A stretch of 64,000 bases of DNA from assembly GCA_964642945.1 (NCBI GenBank), contig CAZXRX010000005.1, forward strand, positions 12,818-76,817, read 5' to 3'. Of the stretch, positions 47,800 through 56,818 are shown piece by piece. A program made the position numbers and the translations under genes. The stretch's first letter is position 1; each line of letters begins with the position of its first letter. The notes under the pieces were generated by a model. That model did not search any database, was not told where the DNA came from, and saw nothing but the letters and a program-made list of their open reading frames with translations. Source of the DNA: an uncultured Flavobacterium sp. (lineage in GTDB: Bacteria > Bacteroidota > Bacteroidia > Flavobacteriales > Flavobacteriaceae).

Positions 47800-48261
47800 A
47801 TGAAGAATAAATTACCAGCCGATCCGGTATCACTTATTTTGGGCATAGTCAGCCTGGTTATCGTCTTTTTCGGATGCTGTTGCGGAATTTTTCCGTTTGT
47901 ATCCTTAGGACTGTCCATAGGAGGACTTGTCATGGCCAACAAAAGCCTGAAAGAATACTACAGTTTTCCTGAAAATTATCCGCACACCACCAGGAGCAAT
48001 GTACAGGCCGGAAGAATTGTTTGTATCATCGGAACGGTGGTGAGTTCGCTTTTCATTTTACTTTTTTTAGTCTTTTTCTTCGTTTATGGAAGCCTGATGT
48101 CGAAAGAAATTTTTCAGGACATCTATAAAAACAACGGGAAATATACCATTGAAGAAACGACTGAAGACAGCCTTCACGACTACAACAATTACAAAATAAC
48201 CAAAGAAGGCGACTCCTTATATCTTGATTCGACCAAGGTGGATTCGCTTGAAATAAAATAA
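47800..48261 (+). CDS. CCC-motif membrane protein (DUF4190-like)
   Basis: LILGIVS...GCCCG and AG....IIG pattern. Confidence 0.7.
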   Translation: MKNKLPADPVSLILGIVSLVIVFFGCCCGIFPFVSLGLSIGGLVMANKSLKEYYSFPENYPHTTRSNVQAGRIVCIIGTVVSSLFILLFLVFFFVYGSLMSKEIFQDIYKNNGKYTIEETTEDSLHDYNNYKITKEGDSLYLDSTKVDSLEIK

Positions 48262-48268
48262 ACAAATC

Positions 48269-49429
48269 ATGTCAAAAGAAATAAAATCCGTTGAATACGG
48301 ACTCGAAAAAATATTTGAAGGCGCCCAGGATTTTCTTCCGCTTTTGGGTACCGACTATGTGGAATTTTATGTGGGTAATGCCAAACAGGCAGCCCATTTT
48401 TACAAAACCGCTTTTGGTTTTCAGTCGCATGCCTATGCGGGGTTGGAAACCGGTATCCGTGACAAGGCTTCGTATGTGCTGAAGCAGGATAAAATCCGTT
48501 TGGTGCTGACGACTGCCTTAAACAGTGATTCGCCCATAGGGGAGCATGTCAAAAAACACGGAGATGGGGTTAAAATAGTAGCGCTTTGGGTAGAAGATGC
48601 CCGTTCTGCCTATGAAGAAACCATCAAACGCGGCGCCAGGTCTTTTATGGAACCCACGGTTGAAACCGATGAACAGGGCGAAGTGGTGCGTGCCGGAATT
48701 TATACCTATGGCGAAACCGTTCATATGTTTGTGGAACGCAAAAACTACCACGGAGCCTTTCTGCCAGGCTACAAAGAATGGAAATCAGATTACAACCCAA
48801 CTTCGGTTGGCCTGAAATATATCGACCACATGGTGGGCAATGTGGGCTGGAATGAGATGAACACCTGGGTAAAATGGTATGAAGATGTGATGGGATTCGT
48901 TAATTTCCTTTCCTTTGATGACAAACAGATTACCACCGAGTATTCAGCACTGATGTCAAAAGTAATGTCCAACGGAAACGGCCGTATCAAATTCCCGATT
49001 AACGAGCCGGCCGAAGGAAAGAAAAAATCACAAATTGAAGAATACCTCGATTTCTACGAAAGTCCGGGTGTGCAGCACATCGCAGTGGCAACTGATGACA
49101 TCCTGAGCACCGTTGCCCAAATGCGGGAAAGAGGCATTGAGTTCCTGAGTACGCCGCCACAGGCCTATTATGACGCCATTCCGGAACGCTTGAAAGACCA
49201 CATGTCGAAATTCAAGGAAGACATCAATGAGTTACAGAAACTGGGGATTATGATTGATGCAGATGAGGAAGGTTACCTGTTGCAAATTTTCACCAAACCC
49301 TTGGAAGACCGCCCGACCTTGTTCTTTGAAATCATCCAACGGATGGGTGCGAGGGGTTTTGGTGCCGGGAACTTCAAGGCACTTTTTGAATCCATAGAAA
49401 GGGAACAAGCTTTGAGGGGAACGCTGTAA
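48269..49429 (+). CDS. hppD: 4-hydroxyphenylpyruvate dioxygenase
   Basis: HGDGV, IDH.VGN, SQIEEYL, GVQHIA and FFEIIQR...FGAGNFKALFE. Confidence 0.97.
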   Translation: MSKEIKSVEYGLEKIFEGAQDFLPLLGTDYVEFYVGNAKQAAHFYKTAFGFQSHAYAGLETGIRDKASYVLKQDKIRLVLTTALNSDSPIGEHVKKHGDGVKIVALWVEDARSAYEETIKRGARSFMEPTVETDEQGEVVRAGIYTYGETVHMFVERKNYHGAFLPGYKEWKSDYNPTSVGLKYIDHMVGNVGWNEMNTWVKWYEDVMGFVNFLSFDDKQITTEYSALMSKVMSNGNGRIKFPINEPAEGKKKSQIEEYLDFYESPGVQHIAVATDDILSTVAQMRERGIEFLSTPPQAYYDAIPERLKDHMSKFKEDINELQKLGIMIDADEEGYLLQIFTKPLEDRPTLFFEIIQRMGARGFGAGNFKALFESIEREQALRGTL

Positions 49430-49435
49430 AAACGC

Positions 49436-49473
49436 AAAAAAGGGCACTTGATTTCAAGTGCCCTTTTTTTTTT
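49436..49473 (+). terminator. Intrinsic terminator
   Basis: AAAAAGGGCACTTGA-TT-TCAAGTGCCCTTTTT followed by long T run. Confidence 0.85.
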
Positions 49474-49558
49474 GAGTAAATTTTTGTGCATTTTGACAAT
49501 AAAAAATAAATTTTTGTAGGTTTTTTTTTAGATTTGTTAAAACGAACCATAATTAACT

Positions 49559-50563
49559 ATGAAACAATTATTTACAATTCTGCTCGCTTTGTCACTCCAT
49601 GTTGCCTTTTCCCAACAAAAACTGATTGCTGTAAAGGGCAGTGTGACTGATGCCATTGCTACTACTTTATCGCAAGCCATTGGTCTGGCACAGCCGGGCG
49701 ACATTATTTACCTGCCTGGTGGTCATTTCGAATTTACCGGAACCATAGACAAACCGGTACACATTATCGGGACAGGTTTTCAGGACGGAATGAACGTGAT
49801 GGGCAGGACCACCATCAACAACAATCTTAATCTGGGCAGTTTGGCCTCTGGTTCGATTTTCGAAGGTTTTTACCTTACGGGATGGTTTACCCAAACCGGC
49901 TACAGTACGATAGTAAATAACCTGGTATTCAAACGGTGTAATTTTGAAGGAATCGGAATTGATTTTTACTCGAGTTACAATGATTGTTCTTTTATCAATT
50001 GCGTAGTCAGGGATACCTTGCATTTTGGAGAAGCTTCCACCAGTTTTGGGGTCAACAATACCGTTTCAAATTCTTTTGTGGGGAATATCCATAAGGCGCA
50101 ACATTCCACGGTTAAAAACTGCATTCTCCAAAGCAAAATTATTTCTTCAGACAATGTCACCATTAAGAATACGGTTTATGGAAGTTCTTTTGACTGTAAC
50201 TTACACGTTAATTGCAGCAATATAAGGCTGAACAACAACACCATCGCCAGTGGCTGTGTCGAAAATAACGGCCAAGGCATTATTGAATATACCCATACCA
50301 TAGCGTTTAACAGCATCAGCGAGATTTTTGTGAGTGCAGAAAGTTTTGCCTTCAACCCCACCGCAGATTTTCGCCTTTCACCCACTTCATTGTCACAGCT
50401 GGCAGGTGACGATGGCACTGACATTGGTATTTTTGGCGGGAGTTACCCATGGAAAACCGGTTCCCTGCCGCAATTGCCCAACATCGAAAAAAACAACAGT
50501 TACCTTGACGTGCCATCCGAAACCTTCAAATTAAATGTGAAAGTTGTACCGCAAACCCATTAA
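49559..50563 (+). CDS. Secreted right-handed beta-helix (pectate-lyase-like fold) protein
   Basis: Signal peptide, TLSQAI..A.PGD.IYL.GG cap, N/C ladders and DFRL...S...G.DG.DIG.FGG end. Confidence 0.65.
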   Translation: MKQLFTILLALSLHVAFSQQKLIAVKGSVTDAIATTLSQAIGLAQPGDIIYLPGGHFEFTGTIDKPVHIIGTGFQDGMNVMGRTTINNNLNLGSLASGSIFEGFYLTGWFTQTGYSTIVNNLVFKRCNFEGIGIDFYSSYNDCSFINCVVRDTLHFGEASTSFGVNNTVSNSFVGNIHKAQHSTVKNCILQSKIISSDNVTIKNTVYGSSFDCNLHVNCSNIRLNNNTIASGCVENNGQGIIEYTHTIAFNSISEIFVSAESFAFNPTADFRLSPTSLSQLAGDDGTDIGIFGGSYPWKTGSLPQLPNIEKNNSYLDVPSETFKLNVKVVPQTH

Positions 50564-50565
50564 AC

Positions 50566-53559
50566 ATGAAAAAGCAGCTTCTTTTGGTGTTTTTTTTCCT
50601 TTGTCAACTGGGTTTTTCACAACAAGTAACGCACGTGCAATATTGGTTTGGCGATAATTTTTCAAGCCGGATTTTGCAATCTGTTACGTCCAATACCAAT
50701 AATGAAATCCAAGCAGACATACCTTTCCCGGATGATATAACCCATTTGTCCGGAGCCATTTTACATTACCGTTTTTTGGACAGTCTCGGCAATTGGAGTG
50801 TCATTCATTCCACACAGATGGACACCACTCCAATCAATGGAAACCAATTGACCCAGGTAGAATATTGGTTTGATGAGGATTTTGCCAACCGGATTTTGCA
50901 GCCCATTACGACCAGCGGGAACGATGACATCCTTTTGGACATCCCTTATCCGGACAATGGCACCAACCGGGCCGATGCAGTTATACACTACCGTTTTCAG
51001 GATGGCGCAGGCAATTGGAGCGCAGTAATTTCCCGGCAAATGAATACACTTTTAAGTCCAGGCAATCAAAACGTGAGTGTAGAATATTGGTTTGATACCG
51101 CTTTTGAAAGCAGGATGCTTAGCCCTTTAAATACGGCGTCCGGAAGCCTACAAAACATTGATATCACTTGGCCATCGGAGGCCAAAACCATCAATTACCG
51201 TTTTAAGGGAAGTTATAACCAATGGTCAGCCATCCAATCTTCAGCGCTTGACATGATGGAAAACCGTGACAATAAGATAGTGGCTGTCGAATATTGGCAG
51301 AATGATGGTTTTGACCTGCGGGAGACCCTCGATATAAGCCAGAACGATACCATTTATTTAGATCAGCGTGATTTGGATGTTGATTTGTCAGCCTGCGAAA
51401 AAGGAACACTCCATTTGCGTTACAAAGACCAGATGGGGCGTTGGAGCTGCATCTATCCAGTAAACATAGATTATGTGGGGAACAATCCGGGCGTTACGGT
51501 TTTGGTTCATGGGTTCCAGGCATTTGGCGAACAAACCCAATCCCTTTCAGATTTTGAAAAAATGGGAGCCGCAATACTCAATAGGGCCAAAGGTGGTGCC
51601 ATGTTTAAAAACAATCCGGCAACAGGACAGTGGGAATTGGTAGTCAATATAGGAGACAATTATTATCCGTTGGATTTCAACAAGGAGATAGTTTTAGTAT
51701 ATGATTGGCGGGATTTGTCAAACAACAACACCCTCAATCTTGATTTTGGCGGCAATGGCTATCTTGAGGCTGCAGCCGACAATCTTTTTGCATCATTTAT
51801 CAATCCTCCTGAAATCCTGGCGGTTACCAAAGAACAAATGTTGAACAAACCCAAACATTTTATTGCCCACAGTCGCGGGAACATTCTGACTTTGCAGTTT
51901 TTACACCGGATGGCCACCTATTTTCCCGATGTAACAATAGACCAATTCACCTTGCTCGACCCCCATCCGGCCACTACTTTTGGCGACATGAACGCAAGTT
52001 TGCCCTTATCACCCCCCAACCTGCCCTGTGTGTATGGCTCAGCGACCACTTGTGGGTTCAGTACGGGTTGTTACAATGCCGGAGATTCCTATTTAAAAAT
52101 TCCCTATAATGTAATAAGGGCCGACAATTATTTCAGGAGGGACTCCCAATTTGAAGGCATCACCGATTTGGGGTCCTTTGACGGACTGCCTGTTTACGGA
52201 TTGGACAACTACAACAGGGAACTCAACAATACCGTGCTTTCCTTTGGTGCCCCTATTTTTGGAGCGGAACATTCTGCAGTGCATTTATGGTATCGCGGAA
52301 CCATTGATACTACAGAAAACGTAGCCAATCTGACCCTTATTCCGCCCTTGTCATCTGAAGCCGTTACTGCTTATTGGTATGCTAATGGGAGCAACAATAT
52401 GGCAAACGATTTTTTGCAACAGGAATGCAGGCAGTCTTCGGGTTTTAAACATTCAAGAATAGGTGGCGGACAATTGATTCCTGAGTTGGCAGAAAATAAA
52501 AAAGAAAGCAAGTTGGCCATGGACATGAAAATGAGGGACCGTTACGGCCTGTCGGCATTTGAATATCCGCTGGGTGTTTCTCCGCACTCAGTCAATGGCG
52601 GTTACTTTGACAACAGCAACGATGCGGGATGGAACAAAAACGGAGGCTTTTCTACAGCGGCCATCACCAATGGAAAGGCACAGCTTACACCCACTACCTC
52701 TTTAAAACATAGTTTGATGTACTTTGGGCCACAGTTCCGTTACCTGAAAATGGTGGTGTCTGATGTGAATCCGGCAAGCGGCAATCCGGCCATAGGAGTT
52801 ACCTTTTTTGACCATACCGATGCCGCATTGTCTTATTTTCCTACCCAGCAAGGATTGGATAGCACACAAACGGAATTTTATTTCCTGATTCCCGAAGCAT
52901 TGAGGGGTGAAGTAGGGAGTTTCAGGATTGAAACCAACACCGAATTGCAAGTGGACAACATTCAATTGGTGGAAACTACAAGGTCCCTGAGCATTACCCT
53001 GAAATTATACCTTGAAGGATATTATGATCCTGGCATCCATCAAATGCGACCGGTGCAAGTGAACCAGGGAATTGGCACTGATACTGCAATTGCAGACCAA
53101 ATCACAGTTGAATTAATGCATCCGGATACTTTGGTAAACGTAGTCGCCATCGACACCGCACTCCAAACAGACGGTGCTGCTGTCTGCCGTTTTCCTTCGT
53201 TGCAGGAAGGTGCTTATTATATTGTCATCAAGCACCGCAATGCCCTACAAACCTGGAGTGCGTTACCGGTATATATTGGTTTGGAAGGCAACACCTATGA
53301 TTTTTCAACTGCCACTTCCAAAGCCTATGGCGATACTATGGCAACATTGGAAACAGGCGTATACGGGCTGTTTTCCGGAGACATAAACCAAGACGGTTTT
53401 ATTGATGCCGCAGATTATTCCTTGTGGGAAACAGAGGCCAACCAGTTTTTCTATGGCGTATCGGCAACAGATCTTAACGGTGACGGACTGGCGGATCCTA
53501 CTGATTACAGTATTTGGGAAAGTAACAACAATGCTTTTATCTATTCATCACATCCATAA
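50566..53559 (+). CDS. Secreted multidomain protein: four EYWFD-type repeats, alpha/beta hydrolase, dockerin-like C-terminus
   Basis: Repeats V(E/Q)YWF...YRF.D..G.WS; LVHGF, IAHSRG and LLDPHP; GDINQDG..D..D and DLNGDG..D..D. Confidence 0.65.
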   Translation: MKKQLLLVFFFLCQLGFSQQVTHVQYWFGDNFSSRILQSVTSNTNNEIQADIPFPDDITHLSGAILHYRFLDSLGNWSVIHSTQMDTTPINGNQLTQVEYWFDEDFANRILQPITTSGNDDILLDIPYPDNGTNRADAVIHYRFQDGAGNWSAVISRQMNTLLSPGNQNVSVEYWFDTAFESRMLSPLNTASGSLQNIDITWPSEAKTINYRFKGSYNQWSAIQSSALDMMENRDNKIVAVEYWQNDGFDLRETLDISQNDTIYLDQRDLDVDLSACEKGTLHLRYKDQMGRWSCIYPVNIDYVGNNPGVTVLVHGFQAFGEQTQSLSDFEKMGAAILNRAKGGAMFKNNPATGQWELVVNIGDNYYPLDFNKEIVLVYDWRDLSNNNTLNLDFGGNGYLEAAADNLFASFINPPEILAVTKEQMLNKPKHFIAHSRGNILTLQFLHRMATYFPDVTIDQFTLLDPHPATTFGDMNASLPLSPPNLPCVYGSATTCGFSTGCYNAGDSYLKIPYNVIRADNYFRRDSQFEGITDLGSFDGLPVYGLDNYNRELNNTVLSFGAPIFGAEHSAVHLWYRGTIDTTENVANLTLIPPLSSEAVTAYWYANGSNNMANDFLQQECRQSSGFKHSRIGGGQLIPELAENKKESKLAMDMKMRDRYGLSAFEYPLGVSPHSVNGGYFDNSNDAGWNKNGGFSTAAITNGKAQLTPTTSLKHSLMYFGPQFRYLKMVVSDVNPASGNPAIGVTFFDHTDAALSYFPTQQGLDSTQTEFYFLIPEALRGEVGSFRIETNTELQVDNIQLVETTRSLSITLKLYLEGYYDPGIHQMRPVQVNQGIGTDTAIADQITVELMHPDTLVNVVAIDTALQTDGAAVCRFPSLQEGAYYIVIKHRNALQTWSALPVYIGLEGNTYDFSTATSKAYGDTMATLETGVYGLFSGDINQDGFIDAADYSLWETEANQFFYGVSATDLNGDGLADPTDYSIWESNNNAFIYSSHP

Positions 53560-53691
53560 ATGTAGCAAAAAATGCAAAATCACTAAATTATATTCATTCA
53601 ATCCCGACATAATGATGATGTTTTTAATAAAAATATGTTAAAGTCGATTTTTTGATAAGAATAATTCAAAAACAAGTGTACCTTTGTGCCA

Positions 53692-53805
53692 ACAAAAACG
53701 AAAAGGAGTGGTTTCCTTTAATTTTTATATAAGTTAATCTTAATTTATAGTTTTTTGGTTGGTTAATAGCATAAAAACCCGGTCATTTTTTGACTGGGTT
53801 TTTTT
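53692..53805 (+). ncRNA. Candidate stand-alone sRNA (about 115 nt)
   Basis: Promoter box TACCTTTG 53679-53686, no ATG, terminator 53773-53805, then a new promoter box TACATTTG 53813-53820 for the next gene. Confidence 0.5.
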
Positions 53806-53863
53806 GTTTTTATACATTTGGAACAGAAATTGCATTATGATTGGTATTCAACAAAAAAAAACT

Positions 53864-54637
53864 ATGAAAAAAGTAATTATAATAGCAATGATGTTCGCGC
53901 TCCTGAGTTTTGATACCCAAAGGGAAGATGCGTTCGGGGTGGGGGAATGGTTCAAGTTCAGGATTCATTATGGCTTCGTGACGGCGGGTTACGCCACACT
54001 CGAAGTAAAGGAAGCTGTCCGGAACAATAAAAAAATATTTCATGCCGTAGGCCGCGGCTATACCACCGGTATGTCTAAGCTGTTTTTCAAGGTAGAAGAC
54101 ACCTATGAAAGCTATTTTGACAAATTGACAGGAAAACCTTATCAGTTCGTCAGGAAAATCGATGAAGGGGGCTATACAAAAAACCAGGAAGGCTTTTTTA
54201 ATCAGGATAAAAATACTATCTTGGTAAAGGATTACAAAAACAAAACCGAAAACACTTTTTCAACACCGGAACAGGTGCAGGACATTGTTTCGACCTTTTA
54301 TTACCTTCGGAACCACCCCAACATTGACAAACTTAAAGTAGGCGAATCCATTACAGTGGATATGTTTTTTGATGATGAAACTACCAAGTTCAAACTGAAA
54401 TACATCGGAAATGAAGATTTGGATACCAAATTCGGGGTGGTACCTACCATGATATTCCGTCCATTGGTGCAATCAGGAAGGGTTTTCAAGGAAGAAGAAA
54501 GCCTTACTGTCTGGATTTCTGATGACGACAACAAGCTGCCCATCAGGATCAAAGCCAGCCTGGCCGTAGGTTCGCTCAAGGCAGACCTGGAGTCATTTAA
54601 AGGATTAAAGAATTCTTTTAAAATTAAAGTAAAATAA
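53864..54637 (+). CDS. DUF3108-domain protein
   Basis: F..GE...FRIHYGFV.AG.ATL, FFKV.D.Y.S and W.SDD.N..P. Confidence 0.8.
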   Translation: MKKVIIIAMMFALLSFDTQREDAFGVGEWFKFRIHYGFVTAGYATLEVKEAVRNNKKIFHAVGRGYTTGMSKLFFKVEDTYESYFDKLTGKPYQFVRKIDEGGYTKNQEGFFNQDKNTILVKDYKNKTENTFSTPEQVQDIVSTFYYLRNHPNIDKLKVGESITVDMFFDDETTKFKLKYIGNEDLDTKFGVVPTMIFRPLVQSGRVFKEEESLTVWISDDDNKLPIRIKASLAVGSLKADLESFKGLKNSFKIKVK

Positions 54638-55566
54638 TGAATGCTGAAACCAACCAACTCTTATCAGAATTAGACCAGAAATTTAAAAAAATAGACCAAA
54701 AAACCGAAACCCATTTAGAAGGGTTACTGTGGTCAAAACCAATTACCTACTGGGATTACATCCAGACTGATGCCCTGTTGAACTTACAAACCCAAAGAAC
54801 CATTTTGCCCGACGAAATGGTTTTTATTATGTACCACCAGGTCAACGAATTGTTGTTCAAGATGATCCTTTGGGAGATGAACCAACTCTGTCACAACCCT
54901 AAACCCGAAACGGCTTTTTTTACCAGCAAACTCGATCGTATCAGCCGTTATTTTGACATGCTCACGACCTCTTTTGACATTATGGGCGACGGCATGGAAG
55001 TAGAACAGTACATGAAATTCCGCAACACGCTCACCCCCGCCAGTGGTTTCCAGAGCGCACAATACCGTCTGATTGAATTTTGCTCCACCGATCTGATTAA
55101 CCTGATTGATTACCGTTTCAGGGCCACCATCGACCGCAATACGCCCTACGAACACGCCTTGGAGCATTTGTATTGGCAGGCTGCAGGTAAAGACCATGTA
55201 ACAGGTAAAAAATCTTACCTGATTATGGAATTCGAAAGAAAATACAAAGGCCTCTTCCTGCGTCACATGGAAGAATACAACACCATCAACGTCTGGCAAA
55301 AATTCAAACAATTGCCCGAGGCCGACCAGAAAGATCCGGAACTCGTGGCAGCCATGCGCCATTATGATTATACCGTGAATGTGAAATGGGTAATGGGGCA
55401 CCTGAACGCCGCCAAAAAATACATTGAAGGCAGCGGCGTAGGCAACGGGGAAGCCACCGGTGGCAGTGATTGGAAAAAATACATGCACCCCAAATACCAA
55501 AGACGTATCTTTTTTCCCGAACTTTGGAGTGAAGAAGAATTGAAAAATTGGGGTGAAAACTGTTAA
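54637..55566 (+). CDS. kynA: Tryptophan 2,3-dioxygenase
   Basis: YWDYI..D.LL.LQ, F..YHQ..EL.FK, PASGFQS.Q.R and ATGGS. Confidence 0.9.
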   Translation: MNAETNQLLSELDQKFKKIDQKTETHLEGLLWSKPITYWDYIQTDALLNLQTQRTILPDEMVFIMYHQVNELLFKMILWEMNQLCHNPKPETAFFTSKLDRISRYFDMLTTSFDIMGDGMEVEQYMKFRNTLTPASGFQSAQYRLIEFCSTDLINLIDYRFRATIDRNTPYEHALEHLYWQAAGKDHVTGKKSYLIMEFERKYKGLFLRHMEEYNTINVWQKFKQLPEADQKDPELVAAMRHYDYTVNVKWVMGHLNAAKKYIEGSGVGNGEATGGSDWKKYMHPKYQRRIFFPELWSEEELKNWGENC

Positions 55567-55589
55567 TTTGCAAAAACCAATCCGACCGT

Positions 55590-56813
55590 TTGAAGAAAGC
55601 AATCTTACTCATATCGCTGCTGCTCACGCTGTATTCCTGTAAAAAGGCAGAGGAAGAAGTATGGATAGTCGATGCCGAACCGCCTGCCCGGCCTATCGTT
55701 GATTACGGCTTGAAGTTTGACGAATTCAATGTGCATTTCGATACCATCGGACGGCAGGACACCTTTGAGAAAATACTCAGTAAGCAGAACCTCAATGGCA
55801 AAAAAGCCACCGATATTATTAAGGTGGTACGGGATTCCTTTCCGGTTTCGGTACGCTACAGAAGGCCTTATGTGTGTCTCCGTTCCAAAGACCGTTACAA
55901 CAAACTGCAATACCTCATTTACCAGCCCGACCGCCTCAATTATTACCTGATTGACCTTACAGATTCTGTCGTCGGATACAAAAAAGCCCGGCCGCTTACT
56001 TTCAGGACCAAAACTGTGGCCGGAAAACTTACCGGCTCGCTGACCCAAACCCTGCGCGGCATGAAAATCGAGCCCACGCTCTCCGGCAGGCTGACCAAAA
56101 TGTATGCCTGGTCGATTGACTTCTTCAAGTCTAAAAAAGGCGACAAATTTGCCATCAGTTTTGTCGAGCGGTACATCAACGATACAGTTTATGACGGCGT
56201 AGACAGCATCAGGGCCGCTTATTTTGAATACAAAGGCAAAAAGATATATGCTTTTCCGTTTTCGCAGGATAAGAACGGCAAAAAAGACTATTATGACGAA
56301 GAAGGAAAGGCCCTCAAGAATTTCTTCCTGAAAGCCCCGTTGAAATTCGTCAACATTACGTCGAAGTTTTCCAAAAACCGCTTCCATCCGGTACAATTGC
56401 GTTGGAAAGCCCACAACGGCACAGATTATGCAGCGCCCACCGGCACCCCCATCATGAGTACGGCAGCAGGTGTAGTCGAACAGGCTGGTTATACTGCCGG
56501 AAATGGTAACTTCGTAAAAGTCAAACACGACAAAACCTATTCCACCCAATACCTACACATGTCAAAAATACTGGTGAGGCGTGGTCAACGCATCACCCAA
56601 GGACAAATTATCGGAAAGGTAGGAAGTACCGGTTTGGCATCGGGGCCGCATGTATGTTACCGTTTCTGGAAAAATGGCGTGCAGGTCGATGCGCTCAAAC
56701 TCAAACTGCCCAATTCGCAACCCATGGACAAGAGAAACTTGCCGAGATACCTGAGTTACATGAAACCGCTCAAGAAGGAACTCGACAGCGTGTCTGCCAT
56801 ACAATTCAAATAA
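55590..56813 (+). CDS. M23 peptidoglycan endopeptidase lipoprotein
   Basis: Lipobox YSC; H.GTDYAAP.GTP, YLHMS and GSTG..SGPH. Confidence 0.9.
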   Translation: MKKAILLISLLLTLYSCKKAEEEVWIVDAEPPARPIVDYGLKFDEFNVHFDTIGRQDTFEKILSKQNLNGKKATDIIKVVRDSFPVSVRYRRPYVCLRSKDRYNKLQYLIYQPDRLNYYLIDLTDSVVGYKKARPLTFRTKTVAGKLTGSLTQTLRGMKIEPTLSGRLTKMYAWSIDFFKSKKGDKFAISFVERYINDTVYDGVDSIRAAYFEYKGKKIYAFPFSQDKNGKKDYYDEEGKALKNFFLKAPLKFVNITSKFSKNRFHPVQLRWKAHNGTDYAAPTGTPIMSTAAGVVEQAGYTAGNGNFVKVKHDKTYSTQYLHMSKILVRRGQRITQGQIIGKVGSTGLASGPHVCYRFWKNGVQVDALKLKLPNSQPMDKRNLPRYLSYMKPLKKELDSVSAIQFK

Positions 56814-56818
56814 ACCCA

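Noticed and set aside
54784..56549. Long antisense ORFs (272 and 314 aa), and similar ones at 47187-47942, 39710-40441 and 60119-60739
   Set aside because: They lie wholly opposite well-supported genes and have no recognisable motifs, so they are codon-bias shadows.
56654..56818. N-terminal extension of pgi, and similar ORF-track extensions of nbaC, uvrC, porZ and DUF3108
   Set aside because: The extensions overlap upstream genes, terminators or promoter boxes. Downstream ATGs match family N-termini.
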